The notes beneath the pieces were generated by a model. The model made no database searches and was not told where the DNA came from. It saw only the letters and a list, made by a program, of their open reading frames with translations. Both the position numbers and the translations under genes were made by a program. From positions 240,001 through 272,000 of the forward strand of contig CP013062.1 of NCBI GenBank assembly GCA_001430755.1: a stretch of 32,000 nt of DNA, written 5' to 3'. Position 1 is the stretch's first letter. Each line of letters starts with the position of its first letter. This document shows positions 14,688 through 22,762 of this stretch, piece after piece. Source of the DNA: Candidatus Peribacter riflensis (GTDB taxonomy: Bacteria > Patescibacteriota > Gracilibacteria > Peribacterales > Peribacteraceae).

Positions 14688-15548
14688 TCAGAACGCCCCC
14701 TTGAACAGATCATCCTCCGGTTCGATGCCCGGCACCCAGTCGCAGAAATCGTTCAGAGCAACACCATACTCGCGGATGATGGCCGCAGGGATGGACTGAT
14801 CGGCATTGCCCATCACCGCATTGGCGGCGGTGGCCAGCTGGTCCGCGACTGCTTCCACCGTCATCGTGAGGGGGCGGCCGAAGAGGTCCTTTCTCCCGAT
14901 CTGGGAGGTGAGAGGCTGCAGGCCGCATGCGACGAGCGCGAAGGCCGTCACGCCCCACCGACGCGGCCGGCAGCAGCTGTCGCTCACGATGACCGCGAGA
15001 CGCTTACCGGTTGATTCCTGCAGACGCGTCCGGAGGAGTGTGGCCGAGGCGATGGGATCCAGGGGCCAGCCGATAGCGAAGCCATCCGGCACGTTCGATT
15101 GATCGAGTCCGGCATTGGGCACGAGCAGCGTTCCCTTCAGCCCCTCTGGTGAAACTTCGGTGAGCATGGCGAGTTCACTCCCGCCCACCACGCGTCCCTT
15201 CAGTCGCTTCGTCTCGTCGAGCACGGCCTGACGGAACGTGGGCGATCGGCCGCTCCGCCTGGCCCACTCCTGCGCTTCGGGCGAGGGCTGGATTTTTTGT
15301 AAATCAATCCGTGCGCCTTGCACGGTGGCGATGGCTTTCGAAGAGATGACGATGATGTCGCCCTCGAGAAATTTCTCGTGAGCGGCGAGCAGAGCGGCGA
15401 GATCATCACCGTCTTTGAGGATGGGGGTGGTGAGAGGGAGGATAAGCACCGGCGCATTGTCGCATAACTCTCTGAGATGTGCTTTCAGAGTCGTGGTCGG
15501 ACAAGATTGATCAAATTCAACAAATATTGTATAATAACTGAAAGACAT
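14688..15548 (-). CDS. F420-0:gamma-glutamyl ligase (CofE) family protein; maximal ATG-initiated ORF shown, homology-supported start probably GTG at 15449
   Basis: Family motifs present: ILPLTTPILKDGDDLAALL (N-terminal GDDL), NAGLDQSN, SDSCCRPRRWG and GRKDLFGRPL. The track ORF (to 15881) extends through the divergent gene and is not credible beyond 15548. The 33 codons from ATG 15548 to GTG 15449 are AT-rich and contain promoter-like boxes. Confidence 0.8.
   Translation of the reverse strand: MSFSYYTIFVEFDQSCPTTTLKAHLRELCDNAPVLILPLTTPILKDGDDLAALLAAHEKFLEGDIIVISSKAIATVQGARIDLQKIQPSPEAQEWARRSGRSPTFRQAVLDETKRLKGRVVGGSELAMLTEVSPEGLKGTLLVPNAGLDQSNVPDGFAIGWPLDPIASATLLRTRLQESTGKRLAVIVSDSCCRPRRWGVTAFALVACGLQPLTSQIGRKDLFGRPLTMTVEAVADQLATAANAVMGNADQSIPAAIIREYGVALNDFCDWVPGIEPEDDLFKGAF
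15507..15535 (+). promoter_or_regulatory. sigma70-type promoter TTGATC-N17-TATAAT for the 559-aa gene
   Basis: TTGATC at 15507-15512 and a perfect TATAAT at 15530-15535, with TG at 15528-15529. The ATG at 15553 is 17 nt after the hexamer. Confidence 0.5.
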
Positions 15549-15553
15549 TCCAA
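15526..15553 (-). promoter_or_regulatory. Divergent promoter TTGGAA-N16-TACAAT on the minus strand, its -10 box overlapping the plus-strand -10 box
   Basis: The minus-strand TACAAT is the complement of 15526-15531, and TTGGAA is the complement of 15548-15553. Together with the plus-strand box this reads ATTGTATAAT. Confidence 0.35.
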
Positions 15554-17232
15554 TGCCTATGTTGCTCCCCCTGTATCCGGATAGGGATGATGCGCTCCTG
15601 CACGAAGCCCGCCTGCTCGCGCTGGAGGGCGCGGATAATCCCTTTGAAATGCTCAGGAAGAGAGCCCAACCGGAGCAGAAGGAGAACGCAGAGCCGAAGC
15701 CGAACACTCCCGCTCCGCAGGAACAGCCAAAAGAGAAGCCGAGTTTTGACTGGCTCCTCAGAGAAAGAAATAAAGAGAAGCCTCTTCCGCGCCAAGAAGA
15801 AAAGGAACCGACGCCCGCGCCCGCCGTGCCACCGGAAGATTCGCAGGTTCGCCGCCGCTTCGATGCGGCGCAGGCACGCACACGGAACCTGGAGCAGATC
15901 TACCGGCAGCGCCGCAGCGGATCGCCGGCTGAGTGGGATGCCTACTGGCAGACCTTCTCTGGCCGCATCGCCGACCTACAGAGATTCTGGCAGCTCTCGG
16001 AAATCGAACGCGGTACCGCACTCGCTCATCTCGAAGAGACACTGCATCTCTACGAGGAACAGATGAGAGAACCAGCTCCCCAAAAGCCAGAAGAGCAGTC
16101 GAAGATTCCGGTGTCCTGGCGGGTGCATGTCGATCCTCCTGCACTGAACCGGTGGCTGGCGGAGATCAGGGCTCATCCGGGGATGCCGCTCAGCTCGCCC
16201 ACGTGGGTGGCGGAACAACTCGCGAAGGAACACGTTCCGTTCAAGCAGAACGGCAACATGATCTTGGTCATGATCGACGGGTACGAGTGGCAGGTGTCGC
16301 GGGTGAGGGGCGGACTGCTGGAGACTTCGTATGTGCTGCAGGCTTCCGTGAATCCGCAGGTCAAGGCGCACATTGAACCGTCGGCATTCGGCAGCGGCAC
16401 CCATCTTCTCTCGGTGTTGCGTGCGTACGCGCATGCATCGATCAGGCGTTACGAAAGCGAGCAGAGGGATGCGGCGGGCATGAAACACTTTGAACTCGCC
16501 GGCCAGGAACCCCTGGGTTATGTAGAAATTGCAGACCTCTCGAATGATCTCATGAGAGAGAGCGTCAAAGGAACAGCCCTGTTTGCGCAGGCACTGGCCA
16601 CCCGCTACAACGTGGTGACGCCGCAGGGCGGTTCGGTGATCGACGGCTCCTCCGGCGCTCTTGCACCGCACGCCGCTCTGCACGCACGCATCCAGCAACT
16701 CCATGACGTCGGCGTGCGCAATTTCTACGTGAACATTCAGGCCCACGGGCTGCCCTCCGGTTTCGGATTCGGTGCCAACCGCTTGTACCCTTCGGAGGTG
16801 ACGAACCTCTTCGCTCATTTTTCTGATTCCCGTTTCACTCTCAACACCATTGCATGTTACGGGGGAGGGATGCACGAGACCTTCGCGCGATATGCCGATT
16901 ACACCACGGCGCCCCAGGGCAGAGTGACGGTCATCACCCAGACGAAGGGGGATACGACCAACTGGGCGCCGCGTTACGGGACAGAAGAAAAACGATCAAC
17001 AGCCTATCAGGCCGTCCTGGCCGATGCGCTCGTGAATGGCGATACGAACGGACGACGGTTGACCTTCGGCGAGGCGCACCTGCTCGCCGACCGTACGGCG
17101 CGCGATCGCGGCCACACCGATGCCGGTGCTTTGCGCAGTAATCCGGGTGCATTGCCTCACCAGACCGCGGAGGAGCAGAAGAAACACAGGCCCGCGCCGG
17201 AGCGGCCGGAGGGGGAACGCGGCATCGTGTGA
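15553..17232 (+). CDS. 559-aa protein: disordered Pro/Glu/Lys-rich N-terminus plus a C-terminal domain with a clan-CD (caspase/legumain-like) His-Cys dyad pattern
   Basis: FYVNIQAHG (His398, nt 16744-16746) and FTLNTIACYGGGM (Cys435, nt 16855-16857) lie 37 aa apart. Both follow hydrophobic strands. This is colinear with legumain FIYFTDHG...[13 protein letters not shown]. Confidence 0.8.
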   Translation: MPMLLPLYPDRDDALLHEARLLALEGADNPFEMLRKRAQPEQKENAEPKPNTPAPQEQPKEKPSFDWLLRERNKEKPLPRQEEKEPTPAPAVPPEDSQVRRRFDAAQARTRNLEQIYRQRRSGSPAEWDAYWQTFSGRIADLQRFWQLSEIERGTALAHLEETLHLYEEQMREPAPQKPEEQSKIPVSWRVHVDPPALNRWLAEIRAHPGMPLSSPTWVAEQLAKEHVPFKQNGNMILVMIDGYEWQVSRVRGGLLETSYVLQASVNPQVKAHIEPSAFGSGTHLLSVLRAYAHASIRRYESEQRDAAGMKHFELAGQEPLGYVEIADLSNDLMRESVKGTALFAQALATRYNVVTPQGGSVIDGSSGALAPHAALHARIQQLHDVGVRNFYVNIQAHGLPSGFGFGANRLYPSEVTNLFAHFSDSRFTLNTIACYGGGMHETFARYADYTTAPQGRVTVITQTKGDTTNWAPRYGTEEKRSTAYQAVLADALVNGDTNGRRLTFGEAHLLADRTARDRGHTDAGALRSNPGALPHQTAEEQKKHRPAPERPEGERGIV

Positions 17233-17238
17233 ACCTGC

Positions 17239-17961
17239 TCACCAGAGCAGCGTGCTGCCTTCCTGCACCAGGATGATATCCCGCTCCACGGTATCTTTCT
17301 CCAGATCCACGCGCGTCAGCCGTACCTCTGCAGAGACACCGGAAGGATTGTGCAGCAGGATGGTGGCGGGCGGGGTGAGGTCGAATGAGACGATCGCGCC
17401 GGGCGGCAGGTGGTAACGTGTGAAGCCGAACGTCGGGGGATCCATGGTGACGGCCGCGAAGGGCACGCCGCCCACTTCGCGCTTCGACCAGGAGGAGGGC
17501 ACGCTCACGGCAATCGTTTCGAGGGCGTCATGGCGCATGTCTGCCACGCCCTTCGCGCCATTCGTGGTGAGTGACAGAGCGAGGGAGACAGGCTTCTGGT
17601 GCTCCAGCCCGATTTCGGATCGCTCGCCCGTCGTCACCTGCGCCGTGAGGGTGGGTGCATCGCCGCGCAGGGCTCCCTGCGAAACGGCAACGACGGCCAC
17701 GATGGCGGTGAGGGCGGCCACAGCGTGGAGGGCGAAGCCCCGCGTGGGTGTCGTGAGGGATGGCAGGACGGGGGCCGGTGCCAGTGCAGCAGGAGCGGGC
17801 GTCGCAGTGAGTTTCTTTCCGCGGGGCGCACGATGAACCCGCACAACGGCGTCCTGTGCGGACTGTTCTTCGTGGCGCGAAATCCGTTGCGGGCGGGGCA
17901 CGGAATGGAAGTGTAGCGCCTCTGTCTTCGCGTGTGAAATCGCCTCTTTGGCACTGGTCAT
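17239..17961 (-). CDS. 240-aa single-pass membrane protein (cytoplasmic basic N-terminus, one TM helix, beta-rich exterior domain)
   Basis: ATG start at 17961. TM helix FALHAVAALTAIVAVVAVS at about aa 76-94. Its stop is 6 nt from the stop of the convergent 559-aa gene. No recognisable domain. Confidence 0.75.
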   Translation of the reverse strand: MTSAKEAISHAKTEALHFHSVPRPQRISRHEEQSAQDAVVRVHRAPRGKKLTATPAPAALAPAPVLPSLTTPTRGFALHAVAALTAIVAVVAVSQGALRGDAPTLTAQVTTGERSEIGLEHQKPVSLALSLTTNGAKGVADMRHDALETIAVSVPSSWSKREVGGVPFAAVTMDPPTFGFTRYHLPPGAIVSFDLTPPATILLHNPSGVSAEVRLTRVDLEKDTVERDIILVQEGSTLLW

Positions 17962-17965
17962 TTCT

Positions 17966-17994
17966 TTGAGTGCGCGGCCCCTTCGTGGTATACT
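17966..17994 (+). promoter_or_regulatory. Extended -10 promoter TTGAGT-N17-(TGg)TATACT for the Zn-ribbon gene
   Basis: TTGAGT at 17966-17971, TG at 17986-17987, TATACT at 17989-17994. The ATG at 18003 is 8 nt after the hexamer, so the mRNA is predicted to be essentially leaderless. Confidence 0.5.
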
Positions 17995-18002
17995 GGAAAG
18001 AG

Positions 18003-18413
18003 ATGGAGATCGATCCTCACACCTTGCAGCAAATCCTCCTCAGAATCCGCCAGCAGATGCGGTGCCCGCAGTGCGGCAAGCAGGTGCCGGTGGACTTTGG
18101 CAACGTGCGCGTGGTCGACGAGAATGCCATGCTCCTGCAGCTCAAGTGTGAGACCTGTAACGCCTTCATCGTGTTGCACGCCTCCCTGCAGGGGATGGAG
18201 AAACTGGGGGCGCATCCCATCGAAACAGATGCCCGTCAAAATGCCTCTTCTTCACTCAAACTGAGCGATCACGAGGTCAGGATGCTGCACGAGGCGCTCG
18301 ATCAATCCGACGGGTCCTTCGAACAGCTCTTCCGCAAGTTCGGCATGGAGCAGGGCTTATCGGCCGAGGCCCCGAACAGGGCCGAAGAGGGGAACGGTTC
18401 TACTATCGCGTGA
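18003..18413 (+). CDS. 136-aa four-Cys zinc-ribbon protein
   Basis: CPQC...(27 aa)...CETC in MEIDPHTLQQILLRIRQQMRCPQCGKQ.... The start is placed at ATG 18003 because the track GTG at 17970 lies inside the promoter. Confidence 0.7.
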   Translation: MEIDPHTLQQILLRIRQQMRCPQCGKQVPVDFGNVRVVDENAMLLQLKCETCNAFIVLHASLQGMEKLGAHPIETDARQNASSSLKLSDHEVRMLHEALDQSDGSFEQLFRKFGMEQGLSAEAPNRAEEGNGSTIA

Positions 18414-18417
18414 TCGT

Positions 18418-18756
18418 ATGATGACACGCCGCGCCCGATCCGGCGTGACAGGGGGATCCTCGCTCCTGCTCGTGTGGAGCTTTTTCGCTCTGGCACTCCT
18501 CCTCTCTGGTTGCGCGCCGGTCGAACGTCAGCAGGCCCGTGCCCGGGAGTGGTGGGCGCAGCTCACCGGCACAGCGAGCGGTGCAATCGCCGTAACGCGC
18601 GCAACAGTGGAGGGGACGGTTGAGACGGGCAAGCAGGCTGCGGAGGATGCTCAGGAAATGCTGCAGGATCTTCAGGATCGTACTGCCAAGATGCAGGAGG
18701 GGATTGAAAAGATCCAGGAGGGGAAGAAGCTGATCGAGGAGGGAATAGGGAAGTAG
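18418..18756 (+). CDS. 112-aa lipoprotein with a helical Glu/Gln-rich mature part
   Basis: Signal peptide with basic n-region (MMTRRAR), hydrophobic core and lipobox LLLSGC (Cys32). It starts 4 nt after the Zn-ribbon gene stop. Confidence 0.75.
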   Translation: MMTRRARSGVTGGSSLLLVWSFFALALLLSGCAPVERQQARAREWWAQLTGTASGAIAVTRATVEGTVETGKQAAEDAQEMLQDLQDRTAKMQEGIEKIQEGKKLIEEGIGK

Positions 18757-18770
18757 GGAAATAGGAGAGA
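18741..18770 (+). repeat. G3N4-5 purine tract spanning the lipoprotein stop codon (GGGAATAGGGAAGTAGGGAAATAGGAGAGA)
   Basis: Three GGG runs plus a GG. It shares the 11-mer GGGAATAGGGA with the tract after fusA. The TAG stop (18754-18756) is part of the repeat. Confidence 0.6.
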
Positions 18771-18800
18771 TTTGGCTTGGAGAAGGGCTCAAATAACGCA

Positions 18801-18829
18801 TTGAGGGAGAAATAGCTTTCTGTTATAAT
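18801..18829 (+). promoter_or_regulatory. Extended -10 promoter TTGAGG-N17-(TGt)TATAAT for the 106-aa/1141-aa gene pair
   Basis: TTGAGG at 18801-18806, TG at 18821-18822, perfect TATAAT at 18824-18829. The ATG at 18855 is 25 nt downstream. Confidence 0.55.
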
Positions 18830-18854
18830 AGTAGGAAAGAACACACAAACTCCC

Positions 18855-19175
18855 ATGAACCACCAAACCTTCTCTCAAGAACTGGAGAAACTCACTGCCC
18901 TTCCCGAAGAGCAGGTTGCCCGGGCGAAGGAGGCTTCGCAGGGTCTGAATGAGGCTGATCGCGCGGAGTTTTTGAAGCAGCTCACCGCCTCCGACCAGGA
19001 GCTTGCGGGTGTCTTGCAGCAGCAGAACGATGCAGCGGAGGCATTTGCCGTCGCGCTCACCGACGCCGAGAAACAGATGAACCGCGTCGAACGCTCCTCG
19101 GTGGAATCTGCGGAGAAGCGAGAGGAGATCAAAGAGGCCGAACAAGGCATTTCTGATCTTCCCGCCGCCGCATGA
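18855..19175 (+). CDS. 106-aa acidic helical protein, translationally coupled to the 1141-aa gene
   Basis: ATG start behind a strong promoter-like site. Its stop TGA (19173-19175) overlaps ATG 19172 (ATGA). The composition is Glu/Ala/Gln-rich with no hydrophobic segment. Confidence 0.65.
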   Translation: MNHQTFSQELEKLTALPEEQVARAKEASQGLNEADRAEFLKQLTASDQELAGVLQQQNDAAEAFAVALTDAEKQMNRVERSSVESAEKREEIKEAEQGISDLPAAA

Positions 19176-22100
19176 CACCCAATCAGAATTCCGGCCAGCC
19201 GCGCATGAGGGGTCACTCAGACCTTTTTCATGAGCAGATGAAATCGTACCGGGAGGGGGGTGACCGGCAATTCGAGAGCTGGAAGCAGGCCAAAGCACAG
19301 ATCAACGCCCGGCTGCAGCAGATTGATCAGCGCAGACAGACGCTGGTCGCAGCGCTCCAGAAGCGCGTTCAATCGATCGGGAATCCGGAAACCGCGAGGC
19401 AGTTTCAGGCCATCCTCGATCAATTGCAGCAGCAGTATGCTCAGGGCTGGAACGAGATGGTGCGGCAGGCGAATGCCGGCATTACCAGCATCCAAGAGGC
19501 ACACACAGGTTTCCAGCTTCCGTCATCGGAGGTCTTCGTTACGGCGCTCACTGCCGAACGTCAGGCTGTGGAACAGCTCAATGGGATCGTGGATGTCTAC
19601 TGGGAGCGTGCGAAGGGAAAGCAGGGCGAATTGCGTCAGACAAATGAGGGCATTAGAAAAGAGACGGATCAGATGCTCGCCAACTACGATGTGCTTCTGG
19701 ATAAGGTGTACGGAGACAAGGCCATCCGACAGGCGAAGCAGCAGGTGGCAGCCGCGAAGAGCGCTCTGCAGGCTGCGAAGGTGAATGCGGCAGATCAGGG
19801 CCTGCCTCAATTGAAGAAGAACAGAAACAAGCTCGATCGGGAGCGGACCACCAAGCAGACGGCGCTCGACGCAAAGAAGAGAGCGCTCGATACCGCCAAG
19901 GCCAAAGTGCAGACCGAGACCGAGGCCAAGGCGAAGCTCGATGCGCTGCCGGTTGAGATCCAGAAGCTGGAAGACGATCTGAAGCCTGTGAAAGATGCGG
20001 CGGATGCCGCGCAGCTGGCAGTGGACCAGAAGCGAACGGAGGCAGTGGCGAATAACGTTGACGTTGCCTACCTCGACCCGACGAAGAAGGTGGATGACAT
20101 TCTTATTGTCCGCAATCAGGCGGCCGATGCGGAGAAGGCAGCGGTGGTCGGAGGCCCCGTCCTCCGTGCCCAAGAAATCGCAAAAATCGACGCCAAACTC
20201 AATAAGGATATCCCGCTGATCCGTGCCTTCTACGAGGCCAAAGCAGAGCTGGATGGAGCGAAGAGGAAAGTGACAGCCGCCCAGAAAGCTCTGACGGATG
20301 CGCTCAAGAAAGTGACTGACGAAGAGACGGCGCTCAGAATCGCTCCCGTACCGGCCAAGCCGTGGAGGGAACGCATTGCCGCCGCGACCGAGGCGCGACA
20401 GAAGCTTCTCGACAAAGCGCAGGCGAAAGTGACACCCCTGGAAGATGCCGTCCTGCCCCTCGAACAGGAAATGGACGAGAAGTACACGACGCCACTGCAG
20501 GAACTGGATGACCAGATTCAATCGCTCCAGGATCCCGTTACGCAGGCACAAGAGGCGGTGCGTACTGCGGAGCAGAGGGTCACGAACCTCAGGGGAGTGG
20601 TGGTCACGCCCGCTTCTCCGGAACAGCAGAAAGATTTCCTGGGTCAGTCACGCACGCTCCTCACGCAGATCAATAAGGAGGGCAAGTACATGCGTGACCA
20701 CTTCAGCGGCGAACAGGCGGTCGAGAGCCGTACCATCGATCTCGTCAAGCGACGCACCGATGTCGCGGCCGAGATCGCCGAACGCTCCACAGAGGAAAAG
20801 GATGTTCGCGCGGCGCTGAATTATGCGAAGGAGGAATACCGCTGGCTCAACAAGCAGGCCGACCAGCATGCGGATCGCATCGCCGAGCTTCTGCCGATTG
20901 TGCGCAGCCTTTCACAGAAGTACTGCGAAATGCTCCAGCAGAAGACCGAGGCATCGATCGGAAAGTCACTCGACGAGCGGTGGCAGCCCATTCAGCAGGA
21001 GCTCATGGCCCTGCAGGAGTACCAGCCGGTCACGGGTAAGGCGCGCATCGAAGCGCTGAAGCAGCGCGCCGACCAGCTCGTGGATGAACGGCACGCGCCG
21101 CTCAAGCTTGTGACGAACACGGCGATCATCGAGTGTGACGGCGGCAGCGTGACGGAAGATTTGCTCCGCCACACGCTCTCCGCCATCAACCGCGAAGGGG
21201 TTTTTCTCAAGAAGTTCGGAGACCGCAGCAATCGCTTCGCGTACCTCCGCGAGCAGCACGCGAAGTTCACGCAGCAGCTTGCGGAAAAGCGCGGCGAACA
21301 GTTGCGCGGCGAGGCGACGCGCGTGGCCAACACGGGCACAATGGGTGGAAAGAGGAGCATTGATACGATCCGGGATCTGATCGACACCGAGCGTGGCATG
21401 GGTGAAGGGACCAATGCGCGTTCCCGGCAGGATGTCGAAACGCTGAAACAGGCGCAGTTGGAACCACTCGCGCAGGAAACCGATCGCGTGCTCATTCCTG
21501 CGATCAACAATCCTGACAGGAGCGCGAAGATGCGGGCACTCACGACGCTCCTCGAAGAAGTTCAGGTTCTCTTCACACATTTCCTCGATCGCAGTGCAGA
21601 TCGCATTGCTCAGCTGCGTGCCGTAGCCGAGACACTCCTCAAGCAGATTGCCGAGCAGTCGGATACCGCCGCCGAACGCGCCACCGCAGACGGGGCGACA
21701 GACCGGCACTTCCGCGAGGGGTACAGCCTCCTTGCGCAGGAACGTTCCTTCCTGACGAACAATAGTGCGCTTGTCCGGCTCGTTCCGAACCGCCTGGCGA
21801 CTCTGCAGAGCACCGAGAATGCGCTGGATAAACGGCTGATCGACAAAGCACAGGCCGCGGAGCAGCGTGCGCTCGAAACGAAGACAGTCGCAGACCTCGA
21901 TGCGGCAGATCAGTTCCTGCGGCTGATGGGCGAGCGCGTGCCGTTCATAGCGCCGGAGCAGAGAGTCATCATCACGGCGGCTGTGGAGAAGGCGCAGCGT
22001 GCACTCGGTGCGGTGCGTGCGCAGAGCGCCGAGCGCGAGGGGCTTAAGCGCGCCGGAGTCGAAGTGGATGTAGAGTCGAAGATCGACGAGATTCATCAGC

Positions 22101-22597
22101 GCCTGCAACGCGTCCAGATCGAGTCACCCAGTACGTGGGAGGAGACCAATCAGCGCGAGCAGATGGTGGCACAGCTGAAGAAGGACGCGCAGGTGCTGCA
22201 GGAGAATCTCCCCCGTGCCTCCAATGCCCAGCGCATCCGCATGGAATTCCTCATCACGCAGATCGCCGATGCAACCTGGGAGAAGCTCAACACGCAGGAA
22301 GAGAAAGAGAAGATCTACAAGAAGAATTTCTCTCTGATGCTCGGTGAGGCGAAGACGAAGCTGGCCGAGATGCGTAATCCGCTCGCAAGCCCCACACTCG
22401 AGCAGTATGACGCGATCATCCGTGCGGGTCAGGTGGTGCACGGCAAGGCGCAGGGGTACGTCGACGTGGCTGCCACCTACAGGATGGATCCGAAGCAGGT
22501 GGAAGCGCTCAGGGATCTCATGACGGAACTGACGGCCGAGATCACCCGGACACAACAGGTCGTGGCGACCTTCAAGAGAAGCGCACCGCGGTCGTAA
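19172..22597 (+). CDS. 1141-aa orphan all-helical, coiled-coil-like protein with no TM segment or signal peptide
   Basis: 3.4-kb uninterrupted ORF. Long Ala/Lys/Gln/Glu/Leu-rich heptad-like stretches (for example KQQVAAAKSALQAAKVNAADQGLPQLKKNRNKLDRERTTKQTALDAKKRALDTAKAKVQTETEAKAKLDAL). No nucleotide-binding or catalytic motif recognised. Confidence 0.85.
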   Translation: MTPNQNSGQPRMRGHSDLFHEQMKSYREGGDRQFESWKQAKAQINARLQQIDQRRQTLVAALQKRVQSIGNPETARQFQAILDQLQQQYAQGWNEMVRQANAGITSIQEAHTGFQLPSSEVFVTALTAERQAVEQLNGIVDVYWERAKGKQGELRQTNEGIRKETDQMLANYDVLLDKVYGDKAIRQAKQQVAAAKSALQAAKVNAADQGLPQLKKNRNKLDRERTTKQTALDAKKRALDTAKAKVQTETEAKAKLDALPVEIQKLEDDLKPVKDAADAAQLAVDQKRTEAVANNVDVAYLDPTKKVDDILIVRNQAADAEKAAVVGGPVLRAQEIAKIDAKLNKDIPLIRAFYEAKAELDGAKRKVTAAQKALTDALKKVTDEETALRIAPVPAKPWRERIAAATEARQKLLDKAQAKVTPLEDAVLPLEQEMDEKYTTPLQELDDQIQSLQDPVTQAQEAVRTAEQRVTNLRGVVVTPASPEQQKDFLGQSRTLLTQINKEGKYMRDHFSGEQAVESRTIDLVKRRTDVAAEIAERSTEEKDVRAALNYAKEEYRWLNKQADQHADRIAELLPIVRSLSQKYCEMLQQKTEASIGKSLDERWQPIQQELMALQEYQPVTGKARIEALKQRADQLVDERHAPLKLVTNTAIIECDGGSVTEDLLRHTLSAINREGVFLKKFGDRSNRFAYLREQHAKFTQQLAEKRGEQLRGEATRVANTGTMGGKRSIDTIRDLIDTERGMGEGTNARSRQDVETLKQAQLEPLAQETDRVLIPAINNPDRSAKMRALTTLLEEVQVLFTHFLDRSADRIAQLRAVAETLLKQIAEQSDTAAERATADGATDRHFREGYSLLAQERSFLTNNSALVRLVPNRLATLQSTENALDKRLIDKAQAAEQRALETKTVADLDAADQFLRLMGERVPFIAPEQRVIITAAVEKAQRALGAVRAQSAEREGLKRAGVEVDVESKIDEIHQRLQRVQIESPSTWEETNQREQMVAQLKKDAQVLQENLPRASNAQRIRMEFLITQIADATWEKLNTQEEKEKIYKKNFSLMLGEAKTKLAEMRNPLASPTLEQYDAIIRAGQVVHGKAQGYVDVAATYRMDPKQVEALRDLMTELTAEITRTQQVVATFKRSAPRS

Positions 22598-22762
22598 GGT
22601 GCCCAAGTAGGGGGCAGACAATTCGCACGGGAATTCCTTGCATGGTTCTCTGCGGGCGTTTACGATGCTCACGAAATCGCCGGAGTTTTTCCCCTATTTC
22701 AGACGAATAGTGCGGAAGAGCTGCGGTCTTTTGTACGCTGATTCCGTTCTTTCATTCCCTGC

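Noticed and set aside
15549-15881. N-terminal 111-aa extension of the CofE-like ORF as listed in the ORF track (14688-15881).
   Set aside because: It runs antisense through the start and the Pro/Glu/Lys-rich N-terminus of the 559-aa gene. It is Ser/Gly/Cys/Phe low-complexity sequence and has no counterpart in the CofE family.
19523-22108. Minus-strand ORFs of 342 aa (19523-20551) and 380 aa (20966-22108) opposite the 1141-aa gene. Antisense ORFs of 262, 253 and 298 aa also lie inside the 1876-aa gene (3192-3980, 5073-5834, 6114-7010).
   Set aside because: These are shadow ORFs of long, GC3-rich sense genes. Their composition is low-complexity Arg/Leu/His-rich, they have no promoter-like context, and each is fully nested in a much longer uninterrupted ORF.
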